NCBI GenBank assembly: GCA_002633005.1
Contig: NMRA01001090.1
Location: forward strand, 6,751 to 49,398
Origin: Phoronis australis
Taxonomy: Eukaryota; Animalia; Phoronida
DNA length: 42,648 nt
Reading direction: 5' to 3'
The position numbers were made by a program, and so were the translations under genes. This document shows, piece by piece, positions 21,928 through 36,335 of this stretch. Under the pieces are notes generated by a model that made no database searches, was not told the DNA's origin, and saw only the letters and a program-made list of their open reading frames with translations. Numbering within the stretch: the first letter of the stretch is position 1; each line of letters begins with the position of its first letter.

Positions 21928-24900
21928 CTGAAACAACGGAATATTCTAGATTAATTGCTTTTGTTTCCGATACTTCTCTGTAATCACTTCTGAAGTCGGT
22001 GTGTATAGTAAATTTAAAACATCTGCAAAACAATGAATTTACTGGTCCATAAATTCACATTTTTGTTTAAAGCATTTCTGAAATGTCAGTGACAACATAA
22101 TATCCGAGGAAAAGGCTGACGTGAGCTAAATTTTAGGCTGTCTCCATTCAGGACCTGATACAGTTGTTCATCAGGACAATATTGGTAAGACACATGTTTA
22201 ATATACAGCAACTGCTTTTTATACTTACCTTCAAAACTGTGAGCTACTGCTTGACTGAAAAATAAAAAGAAACATGCATTAAATGTCTCTTTAACGGTTG
22301 AACAGATAGACTTGTAAGTCTGATTTTTGCTCAGAAGTCAAAAAAGTTTTATTTTTGTTTTTGTTTTTTGTTTGCTCGCACGTTTTTTAACCCAGTGCTG
22401 ATCCAAACCCTGGCCTTTGAAGAAACTGCGTGTGGAAAACAGTTCTACTTCCATGACGTTGTATCCCCTCAAGGAGTTCGTGGCACTTCCAGGGAGAAAG
22501 GTTGAATAGCAGGCTAATTTTAGAACATTAGCGTACTCCATGCCTAGTTACACACTGGATTCTCAGATAATTCAACATGTTGGTGTAATTGTGCATCCCT
22601 ACTGATGTCGGCCATTTTGCTAATATGCGCCAGAAAGGTCGTGAGTATTACCCGCCAAAATGTGGTGAGATATTTCAATGCACCAGCGTTACCTCTCGAC
22701 AGTCGCACGGTGCTATCCATTCCCCGGTCTCGGTTAAGGTACGTAGAGAATTAGGGCTTTGTGGAGGTGTTGTGGCCAACCGGCAGCCGGCTCCCACAAT
22801 AAAGACTGTAAATTCAGATTCCACAAGAACACGCCACTATAGACTCTTGAGTACGGCATCTTACTCAATTACGTTTGCTAATTTTCAATGCAATACTTAA
22901 AACCAATAACTTTTATGTACAAGTGTCTTGTAGAGTGTATATGTAGAATACATCAAACCGTTTAGATCATCTCTAGTGGTTAAGCACTTTGAATGTAAAA
23001 TAAATGAATGCATGAAATACAATTTGATGGCAGTGTACTAAACTGACCTCCTGTTCAACATACAGCACACTAACCACACCATCAAGCCGAGGAAGGACAG
23101 AATGCCGAACGCTATTATAACGTAGATGTAGACCGGATGTTCGAAAATCTGCGACTGGACGGTATCCTCTGTATCTGTGTCGCTCCTGCTGCTGTCTGTT
23201 GAAATCACACAAAACCGATGATCATTTCATAAATTCCGTATTGAGACATAAATCGGACCAGACCAACATTCCGTAGATCAAAGATACTTGCGATGCACTA
23301 ACGGCGTATCACAGCCGGTCTCGCCGACCAATTTTTTTCTGTGGTCGCCATTATGCTAGGCTAAGCAAGTAAGGTCCCAGCATTCTTCCAAAACACTAGC
23401 CTTTGTTTTGCTAGGTTGTGCGCAGTGGCGGATTTAGAGGGGGGTCAAGAGGGGCCATGGCCCCTCTAAAATTCACCAAGATTCCATTTGGCAGTTCGGG
23501 GGTGCAAATGTCTGACTGGCAAAATCCTGGTTAATACTGTGCCCTGTCCCCCCAACTCAAAATCCGGGATCCGCCTCTGGTGCGTGATCTTTTTTGCAAG
23601 ATCCCTGTGTCTACGGAGTGCTACTCAGCACTTAGCTGCACCCAAACTCGCGTTTGAAAGTAAGTTTCCTTTTCAAGACCTAGAAAGTGCGAAAGTAGAA
23701 TCTTAGTCGAACAGTATCCTAATTGTACACAGGACTGGGACTTGTGACTGTACTACAAAATGCCTATACGCGTCGGTGGCTTTGAGAGCTGCGATTACGT
23801 ACACACAATCGACTATCTTTGGATGAATGACCTGGATCAATAGAAGGGATCAACTGACTGTGCCCCAAAAAGAGGGTTAACCGGTTGATTCCCTGCCTAA
23901 ACTCTAACTTTTTTATGGAGACGTACGTCATTGTGCGAGACAACTAGGTAAAAATTCGACTACACATTCTGGATAATGAGAAGTCCACGTTGCATTTTAA
24001 CTGTGTTGACTGATACGAGAGGTGTTGCAGTAGCCAATCGGAGTAGACACTTGATGAAAGCGAGACCTATCGGGATAAAACTAGTGAGCGAACGACTTCC
24101 GCCTCACTTCATGAATGAAGATTCATCAAACCACTATAAAGAGTTGAAACCATGTTTCATTTATTTTCGTGCATAAAGTTGTTTTTTCGTCAGTCAACAG
24201 TAAATGCGAAATGCTTAGTATTGAAAAGTACACGTAGTTTGAGAAACACAGAGGGAATATCTTTCCAAGAGAAACTGCAGGAAATATCCCGTTTTATGTT
24301 TAAACCAAAGCTTGTTATTGTCAGACATAACCAGACCATGAACACGTCGTCCACACTGGTGGTACCACACCTAGTGCCAGATTTGCCACTGAAGTAGGTT
24401 ACAAACTGAAGGATCAAATGTCCCACTGAACACCCGCTGGTTTCACCAACACTAGACAGGCACTGTATCAAAAACTCACCCTTCATCTCGCAGTGTTGTC
24501 CTTCGTAGCCCTGTTGACACTTGCATAAGTAACCCTGGTCCGTGTTGATGCATGTCCCGTTATTCCTACATGGCAGTCGATCGCACCTGGCTAGAGCTGA
24601 AAACAATTTCATTTTGCTTTCATCATATGATATACCATCGTTGGGTGGATTTAACTAATTCCCATCTACATTCGCTAGTGATTTTCACCCATCATAACTT
24701 ACTGATGGACACGCCTTCTTTCTTCCGTACAACTCTAAGTCAGTACAGTGCACATGATTGCTCAGCAGTATTCCTGGGTTGTATCAAAATTCCATTCCCA
24801 AGATGCTACTACCCAAGGGCCCGTTCCATGAAAACTAACTTAGCTAAGACAAATCTTAAATTCCAGTCAATTTTAAAATAAAAATTAAATTTGTCTCTGG

Positions 24901-26266
24901 TCCGATTCAAGAAAGAAATCTTAAGTTTGACTTAAGTTTTTGACTGACTTTTTGCCTCAATTTTGACTTCCTTATCGAACGTGGCAATTTCCAAGTTTGG
25001 AAGTGGAGGCAAATCCTAGAATTGCGTCGAAAATGAACTTAAGTCAATTTCTTATAATGGGTCTCTAGCCTGTATTTCACTTCTTAACTCTAGTGTCAAG
25101 GATACGAGTTCGAGTTTCAACCCAAAATTTCGAGTTTTTACCTGTAATTAAGTTTTTGCTCGAGTTTGCTGTCCGAAACTAGGGGTCATGAAGTACTAAC
25201 TTGGGCTGGAAACTCAGGTTCCATTTCAATTCTGAATAAATTTTGTCTTGACAAGTGTTACTCCACACACTTTGTCGAAGTCGCGAAGAAGCTGTTTTGC
25301 AAATCCGTCATATGACAACTAGTAAGCAGCTAGTGGTCAGTTGCAATAATGTCACTGTAAATTGTGCGTTACGTTCGGCAAAAATTATTGCGACAAACGT
25401 TCCACCGAGCTGCCAAATTATAGTGACAAGGAGTTCGTCCAAAATTGTCATGGTCCGACAGGGTTCAGTTTATTTCGAAAACTACTACTACATATTTTTT
25501 AATTGAGAAAAAGTCGTGGACGGCTTACCTTGCTATACGTGCTTTGATTGGTCTTCGTAGTTTTGACCTATTCCCTTAAATGTGTTATCGTAACATTATT
25601 TCTAAAATCCTCAACACTATTTTAATAAGACTTTAATTACCGCGTTCGCAGTGTTTTCCCGTGGAACCATCGGGACATAGACATGTCGCCTCTGTCGCAT
25701 TCATGGTACACGAACCGCCGTTTTCACAAACGTTGGTTGTACAGTCTTTAGTAGTATCTGAAAACGAGTCCATGCTTGAGATTCAAAACTGTTTCGAAGT
25801 GAAGAGTGCATTGGTTCAGGTCGTGCAGGTTTTTCTACCTATCACCAGCCTTAAAACTCCCGATCAAAATGAACATTTAAAGCAAGTCATGGGTACACGT
25901 ATGCGGTGGCCGAAAGATTGCCATCCCTCTGGTGATGTTGTTGAAAGCATCTTGAAGCAAAAGATAAACTATGGGCTTTTGGTGTTGAGATTTATTGAAA
26001 ACTGAAAAAAAAATTTCCAATGCTAGAATCTTTTGCGTCATAATCGTGAGTTCTAACATCGAGTCGGACTCGATGGGAATCATTTGGTGAGAGACTCGAA
26101 AGGAAACATTTACTGGCGAGAGACTCGTTGCCAGGAAATATTTGGTGACTAAAGACTCGGCGGGAAACATTTACCTTTCCATTTTGCAAGAGGCTGCAGA
26201 GAATACTCAAATCACCCGTTATTTGAATGTTGTTGTTGTTGTTGTTGTTGTTGTTGCTGCTGCTGC

Positions 26267-26335
<69 letters not shown>

Positions 26336-29300
26336 GTATTAATCAGTTAATATCGAACATGTTTCTAACAACTCTTACGTATCTTATAAGCCGTGCGATA
26401 TTAATTTTTGTAGCCTTAGGTATGCGCTAGGGCTGTGTTCTTACCACAAACCGACATCAGCGCAGAGTGAACCTGTAGACGTGCTGCTCTTGACCTTGGA
26501 ACCAAGCAATTATATTGAGGTGACCACTTAGTACCCTAGTTGTGAGGGTCAGCCTTCGATATTAGAATACTTGGCGATATCTAGTCTATGTTAGGAATTA
26601 ATCCTGAAGGGCATTGAGAAATTAAATTGTATCGAGTGCCAAAATTAATGGTGAAGAAAATACTACTGGTTGCGGAAGTTAAGTCATGACCTAAAGGCTG
26701 CCCGGAGTGGAATTATGCGTCCGTACTTCTGCAAGACACTCCGTCACCGACATAGCCCTGGGCACACTCGCACTCGTAAGATCCCGCCGTGTTTGTGCAC
26801 ACCGCGTGCTCGTGGCACGGTTTCAAAGCGCATTCGTCAATGTCGTTTTCGCAGTGTTTGCCGTCGTAGCCGGGCGGACACTCGCATTCTCCTGTTGACG
26901 CCAGACAGCGACCGTTATGTTGGCAGCCAACACGTGTACAGTCTGCAACATTTTTGAGCACTTTTAGATGACGAATTAACGAAAAACGTATTTAAACGAT
27001 GCAAAAGGATATAGGGAAGAGTATTTCTTGTTGTATATTAAATGCTAAAATAATTGTTCCCCACTCAACATAGTTGGTTCGAAAAGCATCCTTCCCATAT
27101 CATTCGATCTAAAATCATGACATCCAAATGCATTGGCAACGATTTAAAACATGTTTTTGACAATTTAGAGAAATGTTATTCTATGGATGTGAGTGTACAA
27201 CAAGTATTTTGAGTAAAATCGTGCCTTAGTACAATATAGGTACTAACATGCCAAAGTTGAATTGAGCATTATGTTCGCCTCTCTTGTCTCGTTGATCAAT
27301 TTACTCAGCACAAGCTTGCCTTGTTGGCCTCGCAGGTTTTCCAATGTCTCGAGCTCGCTTGCAATCACAGCCAGTGCATCTTAGTTAAGAATGTGAAAGG
27401 TAGAGGGCGTTATTTTAAACTAGAACAAGGCAAGTCAGTTTTGCAATTCTTCCTGGCCGGATGCAGCTCAACGTGTGCGCATTACTAACACGTAAAAGAT
27501 GTGATTAAGTGAGCTAAGTTGTTGTGAAGCTAAACACAGTAAACTTTGTGAGACATTGCTAGATAGCCACAGTGTTGTACTGGAGACATCCACATGAGTT
27601 TTTCTCTGAAAGAATGCTCAAATTGGAGCTCCATTTCATAGAACTTTGGCTGTGAAAACATACCTTCGTTTTTGAAGAAGCCTAGGCAAACAGAATTCCA
27701 GAAAGCTAAACGTTGAATACTGTTTTGATGAATTATTAAGCAGACAAAGGTCCTTTAAAGTATTGTACTTGCGTTGTTTCTGGTTATGAAGACAATACAT
27801 GCTTTTGGTCAAAGTAAAATCAAGCACACACAATGCATAGATCTATCTGCACGGCTTCCCTGAATGTCCTCATTGTTAAATTCTACCGGCGTATTTCATA
27901 AGCTCACTAAGTCTCTCTACAGACGACTGCTCTCATTTAGAAACGCACGTTGTTCTTTAATCCACACGTACCCACTGTCACAAACGAAACTTTGGAGGCG
28001 CATCACGATAGTGTTGTCGTATTCGTGTGAACAGACAACTTATGTAACGTATTAGAGTGCTCGTGTCAGAACGTTTTGAAAACCAAATAAAAAAACAATC
28101 GTGTAAAAGGAGAACGTTTGAACGAGATGGGAATGGCCGAAGAACGTTTTCAAAACCAAAGAATTCGCGTATTCAAATGAAACCTGAGTCACTTGGCCAT
28201 TGCAACGAACACAACGTGGCTCCAATTGATGAAATCCACAAATGAACCAATCAAAACTGAATACATGACAGCGATTTGCAGGCGATAAAATTGTTGGAAA
28301 CTGCATCACACAGATAAGAGAGCTCTTTCTAATACCACCAGCAGGAGCTTACCCATTTTGTAGACAACTTTTGTAAACGTGGTGCTTTCCAATGATTCTT
28401 TAAATGGTCCACCAGATACTACGCAATGATACGTGTAATTTCCCGCCTTTTCTTCGTTTCTTAACAAAGTCAGTTTCCGCTTCACTTCGTACACACAGTT
28501 TATGCTACGGAAATGGGATTTCATTGCGTGCACATGCACAAAATCTGAACCGGTTGTTATCTTCCCTGTTGCATCCGTCGAATCATCCTTCCATACCCAC
28601 ATGAGGTCCGGTTTGGGCTCAATCTTTTTGACTTTACATGTCAGCAGTGCCTTTTCCTCCCTGGAACTGTCGACGATAGGTGGCGTAATCAAAATATCAC
28701 TGGGGTTGCACGGAGCTGAAACAGGGCAAGTATTACTTCTGTAAACGGGAGCGAAGATCGCAGTTGGCCATGAAATCGTTTAATAGTCACGTGACTTGAA
28801 ACTAGATTAAAATTTGAGATTCATGTAAGTCTGCTGATATTCATAATGCTCAGATTGTGCGTGTCTTAGTAATCAAACTTTGCCGTTTACCATGACGAAC
28901 CGTAACTTTGAAGCTATAAAGGTTTTTAAAAACATTTTGAATTTCATTTAGGCGCATTTAGACTTACTGTCAACTATTACTTTGGTGACAGCTTTTTTTG
29001 ACATTCCATTGCTTTTAAACGTGCACTTGTACCAGGCTTGGTCGCACGAGTTGAAGTTCTTTAACGACAAAGTTACCGATGTCCCATACGTAGTTTTTGT
29101 TGTCTCCATTGATAATTTAAGACCGGGCCTCGATTTCTTGAAGGCGTCTGGCACGTGACCAATGTTGGTTTTGAGGTTGTGCTCGTAGATTACTTCCATG
29201 CGAGAGCCACGTGACGCACCACGCCTCCACGCTACTTTCATACTTGTATAATTTAGACTTCGTAGTTTACACGTAAGCTGGATGCTGTCGTCCTCGCCTA

Positions 29301-32300
29301 CGTGTATCGGCTCTTTCATTGGCTCAATGCTGACTGAGAACCCTGTTAATTTTATCGCACATCTAAGAAATTCAATGTGAATGTAAATTTGCCGAAGAAC
29401 GAACAACAATCATCATTGTTTATGAAACCATTTGCTACCATCACAATGTACTTCAAATGTTTTTATTTCCTGTAGTAACCAGGCCTTTTGAACGAGAGTG
29501 TAAAACTGGTCTATTTCCCAAAATGCCTTTTGCCCCCAAAATAAAGTTTTTCAGTAAGAAAAACCACGACGACTGTATATTCGCTAACTGCAGAATTTCC
29601 GTTCATGTCCTCCTTTCGCCGCATGTCGGTTTCATTGGTCCTATTTCGCTAAATAGTCCCAACGTGTGTTACGTTTAATCTTAACAGAGATTCACTTGAG
29701 TCTCAGTTGCTTTAACATTGGTGTTCGAGTTAGACAGTTATTCAAATATGGGCAGATACCGTACGTGGGTGACATCTGGTCATTTCAATCGACAGAGAGC
29801 AATGCTATCGAGGGCCGAATTGTTCTCCAACCACTGATGGTTCTTTCCTCTGCTTTTATTGTGTCATTTTAGGTGGTGATAGGTCAGATTACGAATAGCG
29901 ACATCCAACGTCCGGACGGCATGGAAAGTGGAAGTTTGTGGCTAGCCGGACAGCATTACATCACACCGGAAGTTGCCAGTCAGGAGAAAGAAACGTCTGT
30001 GGTCACGTTATGATTATAGGTGAAGAATATTCGTGCAGCGCCACCTCACATTCCTCTTAGTGTTAAAAACTGGAAATGTCTGAGTGGTCTTGAAAAACCC
30101 GAGTGCTTGCGGTATGGGCACAAAAAAACATACCTTGCGGTATGGTAATAAACAACATACCTTGAATAGTACGGTATACGGTTCGTTGATTGTCCCAGAC
30201 ATGTTTTCAGAGAAATCCCGTAATTTAATTGATTAGTTAGAAATCTTTAGCATGACGTCATTTTGACGTCATTAGGACGTATTGGACCAATGTGACGGCA
30301 TGTCTGTTCTTATTTCAGGGTCCAAATTGCGTCATCTACTGCCTAGACACGTCATCACCAAACTGAGTTCTCTAACAACCTAGCTTGCCCTAGAATATTC
30401 ATCGATGGGAAATGGTGACGACAATTTTAGGACACCAGCAGGTAAACAACAGTAGAACATATCCTCACAATAAATGCGAACGCAAAAACAAAGTGGCGGG
30501 AAATTCTAAACCCCCTCAACGTCACTTCCAGAATAGGGCATGACTAATAAATTAAGTTACGGGAAGCCATACTTATCAGAAAAATATGTCTCGGATAATC
30601 AAAGCTATGAAAAAAGATTGCTTTCTCCATTAACGTGTGTGTCGTGACTTACTTGATTGTTGAATCGCTTTGACTGTGCTTGATGTCCCGTGGCTGAGGC
30701 ACCTTTTAAAGACGCCTGGGGCGTGACTAAATTTTATTATACAAAGTGGTTCTCTGCCACTCAAAGCGAAGTAAACTGTTCAAATTGTTCTCCGACCACT
30801 GATGGTTCTATCCTTTACTTTTATTTTCTCATTTTAGGTGGTGATAGGTCAGATTACGAATAGCGACATCTAACATCCGGACGGCATGGAAAGTGGAAGT
30901 CTGTGGCTAGCCGGACAGCATTACATCACACCGGAAGTTATAGTAATAGAGTGTTAGCCAGTCAGAGGAAAGAAACGTCAGTGGTCACGTTATGATTATA
31001 CCTGAAGATTATGCGTGCAACGCCACCTCACATTCTTCTTAGTGTTAAAAACTGGAAATGTCTGTGTGGTCTTGAACAACCCGAATGCTTGCGGTAAGGG
31101 CACAAAAAACATACCTTGCGGTATGGTAATAAACAACTTACCTTGAATAGTACGTGGCTTTTGAGTGGTTGTTGTCTTTACAGTCTTAGCTATGGTAGGT
31201 AATTTTGATTGGCTCCGGATTTGTGGTCTTGTTGTTTTCTTTTGTCCTGGATAATACACCAAATACTGTGAATGATGGGTTCTGTGAGGTCAGGAACCCC
31301 TACATTTCTTCACTCAAATTAAAGTAATCTACGCACGCATGCAAACACAAAACACATGTACATATACATACCTGCGTGCATGCATGCACGAAATAAAGGT
31401 TTCTTCACTTTTAAGCGAAATGCTTACAATTGACCTCGCAACTGTACCAAGACTGAACACTTGAGCGATACAAACAATGTTATCTCGCTGCGTTTTAGCC
31501 AGTCTNCTGTCCACAGATAGTGTCCACAACCGCCACTGCTTCCATTCGTCCGGTCATCTCACTTAACCTTATACCCAGAAGGATCTGTGATCCCCCAGAG
31601 CAGCACTGCCCAGAAGGAGTGGAGATTCCCCACAGCAAGTCAGGTCATGTTACCATAACTTCTGACCCCTGTCCACATATAGTGTCCACAACCACCACTG
31701 CTTGCATTCGTCCGGTCATCTCACTTAACCTTATACCCAGAAGGATCAGTGATTCCCCCAGAGCAGCTCTACCCAGAAGGAGTGGAGATTCCCCACAGCA
31801 AGTCAGGTCATGTTACCATAACTTTTGACCCAACACGGTAGTGTCTAGTGCTTCCCCAGAACAAGTGTATGCAGTAGAAGTTGCTTCCACACATTGTGTA
31901 AAGAAGTCTTTATATGAGACAAACGCCTGTAGCCGAGAAGGTCACATTCATCTGTTCTTCATGCTTAGTATTTTACATTCCTCTATCCTTCGTGCTTGGT
32001 GTTTGATCCAAGTTGGTGTCCACACACTATCACCGTGACTGCTTCCACTTGTCTGGTCATCTCACTTAACCTTCTTCCCAGAAGAATCAGTGATTCCCCC
32101 AGAGAAAGTCTAGTCATGTCAGTTTCACTTCTGTCCCGATACGGTGAGGTCCAGTGATTCTCCAAAACAAGTGTCCACATGGGGTATTATTTCCTCTTCA
32201 ATGAGACAGGGGTCAGGTCCAAAGCCAGGTAAGCTACATTCCTCTGTTCTTGATGCTTAAGATGTGGGCAAAATCAATACGCACAGAGAGAGTCCACAGC

Positions 32301-35300
32301 CACAATTGATTACGCTTGTCTGGGCATTTGAATTTTTGTCTACCCCGCAAAGTAGAGTGATTCGTCACGAGAACAAGTGTCCGCAACACAAGATGGTTTC
32401 TCTCACCGCATTAAATGGGAGAGGCACTATTTTACTCAAGAGTTCGAACGTCAAGTGTTTGAAGTTCTTAAAGTACGAATCTGATCCCGTATAGTTCAGA
32501 TTGGGCTCCTACCCAGCCAGTGTGTTGCCATCTGGAGGCACTGTACGAATCTTGTTGAGAAAAAACCATGGACTGACGGACAAGGCCGGTCAGCGATGAC
32601 AGCTGAAAGCAATCACTAGGCAAAGCTAGGCACAACAATATTACTACTGCTCACCACACTAGACGCTTTACCACAACTTGTGGTCAAATCTCCAACACAA
32701 TCAGTGTTCTCTTATATCGGGGCATAATTCCATCGACCAATGGTTATGTCTAGGAAGATACACTGCAAAAGGGGTCAAATGTTCATAGTTTTTAATGGAT
32801 GTGCCTCACTCAGGACTTAGCTCATGTCACCTTCATGCATTTTTACCATCAGTATATACCTGGACGTTGTTGTTTATTTTGGTCCTAAGCTATGGATTGT
32901 CCATCTGTTCTGTCTACAATAACTTAATAAGAATTTTGAATTTTGAAAATTTTGTTCTTTCTGTGCTTTCCTGACACGTAAATTAAAGGCGAAAGCAACA
33001 TTCTTTCATGTCATTTTAGTAAAAATACGGTTCGTTGATTGTCCCAGCCATGTTTTCAGAGAATTAAGGGTTCCCGTAATTTAATTGATTAGTTAGAAAT
33101 GTTCAGCATTACGTAATTTTGACGTCATTAGGACGTATTGGACCAATGTGACGGCATGTCTCTTCTTATTTCAGGGTCCAAATTGCGTCATCTACTGCCC
33201 AGACACGTCATCACCAAACTGAGTTCTCTGACAACCTAGCTTGCCGCAGAATTTTCATCGATGGGAAATGGTGACGATAATTTTAGGACACCAGCACGAA
33301 AACAACAGTAGAACATATCCTCACAGTAAACGCGAACGCAGAAACAAAGTGGCGGGAAATTCTAAACCCCCTCAACGTCACTTCCATAATAAGGTATGAC
33401 TAATTAATTAAGTTACGGGAAGCCGATACTTATCAGAAAAATATGTCTGGGATAGTCAAAAACATGAAAAAAGATTGCTTTCTCCTTTAACGTGTGTGTC
33501 GTGAATTACTTGATTGTTGAATCGCTTTGACTATGCTTGCCGTCCTCATCGCACGATTCTTGTATAAATGACGATATACTGTATGACGTCACGTGGCTGA
33601 AGCACCATTTAAAGACGCCTGGGGCGTGACTAAATTTCATTATTCAAAGTGGTTCTCTGCCACTCAAAGCGAAGTAAACTGTTCAAATTGTTCACCGACC
33701 ACTGATGGTTCTTTCCTTTGCTTTTATTTTCTCATTTTAGGTGGTGATAGGTCAGATTACGTATAGCGACATCTAAAGTCCGGACGGCATGGAAAGTGGA
33801 AGTCTGTGGCTAGCCGTACAGCATTACATCACACCGGAAGTTATAGTAATAGAGTGTTAGCCAGTCAGAGGAAAGACACGTCAGTGGTTACGTTATGATT
33901 ATACGTGAAGATTATTCGTGCAACGCCACCTCACATTCCTCTTAGTGTTAAAAACTGGAAATGTCTGTGTGGTCTTGAACAACCCGAATGCTTGCGGTAT
34001 GGGTACAAAAAACATACCTTGCGGTATGGGTACAAACAACATACCTTGAATATGACGTGGCTTTTGTGTGGTTGTTGTCTTTTCAGTCGTAGCTATGGTA
34101 GGTAATTTTGATTGGCTCCGGATTTGTGGTCTTGTTGTTTTCTTTTGTCCTGGATAATACACCAAATACTGTGAATGATGGGTTCTGTGAGGTCAGGAAC
34201 CCCTACATTCCTTCACACAAATTAAAGTAATCTACGCACGCATGCAAACACAAAACACATGTACATATACATACATACATGCATGCACGAAAAAGTTTCT
34301 TCATGTTTAAGCGAAACGCTTACAATTGACATCGCAACTGTACCAAGACTGAACACTTGAGCGATACAAACAATGTTATTTCGCTGCGTTTTAGCCAGTC
34401 TGGGAAACAAGTGTCAGTGGTTTGGTAATGAATATAGATGAAGAGCATACATCCAAGGTGTTACATGTTAGAATGTGTTGGACAAGTCAGAGTGCATAGT
34501 ACAGTTGGTAGTTGTCTTTGCAGCCGATGCTACTGTAAACAATTTTAAACACTGCTCAAAAGTGTACGTCAAAGTCTTTTGTTACCTAGGTTAATTAAGT
34601 GAGATTGGTTGGTAGTAAACTTTTGTCTCTTTAAAACCTGTAGACTGATAGAGTTTAAACACTTCATCGTCTGGATCGCCGTTCACTAAACCTGTGTAGT
34701 CCTACAAAGAAATTGTGGCCTGTGACACTTCGCTGGGACGATGTTTTTTTACACCAACTATATCCCTTCTCCAATAACATTCAGCTTGTCGTAGAAAATT
34801 ACAGACAGTCGGTACCTGAATAGCACCAGACGTCCGTAGCCAATTAGGCCGCATTCATCTCCTACGGATGCTAGGTAATTGAACCAAGTTACTGTCCACA
34901 TGTAGTGTCCACAACCACCACTGCTTCGATTCGTCCGGTCATCTCACTTACCCAGAAGGAGTGGAGATTCCCCACAGCAAGTCAGGTCATGTCACCATAC
35001 CTTCTGTCCCCGTCACTTCCAGAATAGGGCATGACTAATTAATTAAATTTCGGGAAGCCATACTTATCAGAAAAATATGTCTGGGATAATGAAAGACATG
35101 AAAAAAGATTGCTTTCTCCTTTAACGTGTGTGTCCGATCGTGACGTACTTGATTGTTGAATCGCTTAGACTGTGCTTGCCGTCCTCATCGCACGATTCTT
35201 GTACAAATGACGATACACTGTATGACGTCACGTGGCTAAGGCACCTTTTAAAGACGCCTGGGGCGTGACTAAATTCCATTATTCAAAGTGGTTCTCTGCC

Positions 35301-36296
35301 ACTAAAAGCGAAGTAAACTGTTCAACAGGTATTTTTACGATTCGTTCATAAAAGATTCTTAATTTCTGTTGATGTCAAAGCACGTCTCCTTATTTGGTAT
35401 GCAAGACATAGACGTAGCGCATTGCTCTTAAATGGAAAATGTGATTTTTGACCTTTGATGTGAACTAAACAATGGCGATTTCAAACAGCAGTCAATACGA
35501 CTTTTTGAGCGCATGCGCGAATACATATCATTAGAGGTGGACAGTTTGAAATTGTATTGGGATGAAAGAGTTTATATTTCTTCTGTGTTTCAAAAATATT
35601 GAATTTTTTTAAATATTCTCACTGAATAACTCTCACGTTAGAATTCCTAAGAAGCACGATCTGTTTTTACTAATTCTCGCGTTCCAATTGCCTCTTTAAG
35701 AGCAGCTAACATTGACGTGATTTTCGTTTGGTAACTATTGATCCTGAAACATCTGTATTAGATAACGTTAGTAGGTTATGGAAAGGAGACCTTATTTGTT
35801 AACCATTTGGAGTTTCACAGTTTCACTCCTGTAAGTCCCATAAAAAGTGATTCAAGAACATTCTGTGCTGACGTGTCATGCGTAATCTAAAGTGGAAAAA
35901 AATTCAGCGTGCCATGCAAGTCGGTAAGCGTTCATTTGCTATAGTAGAATTGCTTATCCTTGCACAAATCGTGCTAAATTGAGTATTAATCCATTAAAAG
36001 CCACTCTTGGTGAACGATTACACAAGAATATGCATTAGCATCACATAACCATGTGCTTTAAAGCACGTTTTGGGAACTGGCTTAAAATTGGTCTACATTG
36101 TTGGAGTATGCAGTCACTTTAAACAGCATAAAATTTAGGTATGATTTTTGCCTGATAATTGCCAGGAATGTTGTAGGACAGCATTGCTTGTCTAGGTCAT
36201 GGGGCTCTGGTCGTTCTCGCCTGGAATCTATGACCTTTTTGTGTGTTGCGGGTGTGCGCGCGTGCGTGTACGTGTGTGTGTGAAACAGAGAAGGGG

Positions 36297-36335
<39 letters not shown>

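Larger units (their letters stand above)
29818..35325. repeat. Locally duplicated block inside the largest intron of gene C
   Basis: 30176-31505 is near-identical to 33025-34401. Partial copies lie at ~29818-30173 and ~35011-35325. A ~162-bp unit recurs at 31507-31830 (x2), ~32017-32120 and ~34892-35010. A single N is at 31506. Confidence 0.85.

Noticed and set aside
26142-26430. Poly-Val and poly-Leu ORFs
   Set aside because: Translations of a (GTT)n microsatellite.
9416-26942. Calling these genes Notch, Delta/Serrate, Crumbs or neuregulin/vein
   Set aside because: There are no LNR/ankyrin, DSL or laminin-G domains, and the EGF Cys spacing is not ErbB-ligand type. No gene symbol assigned.
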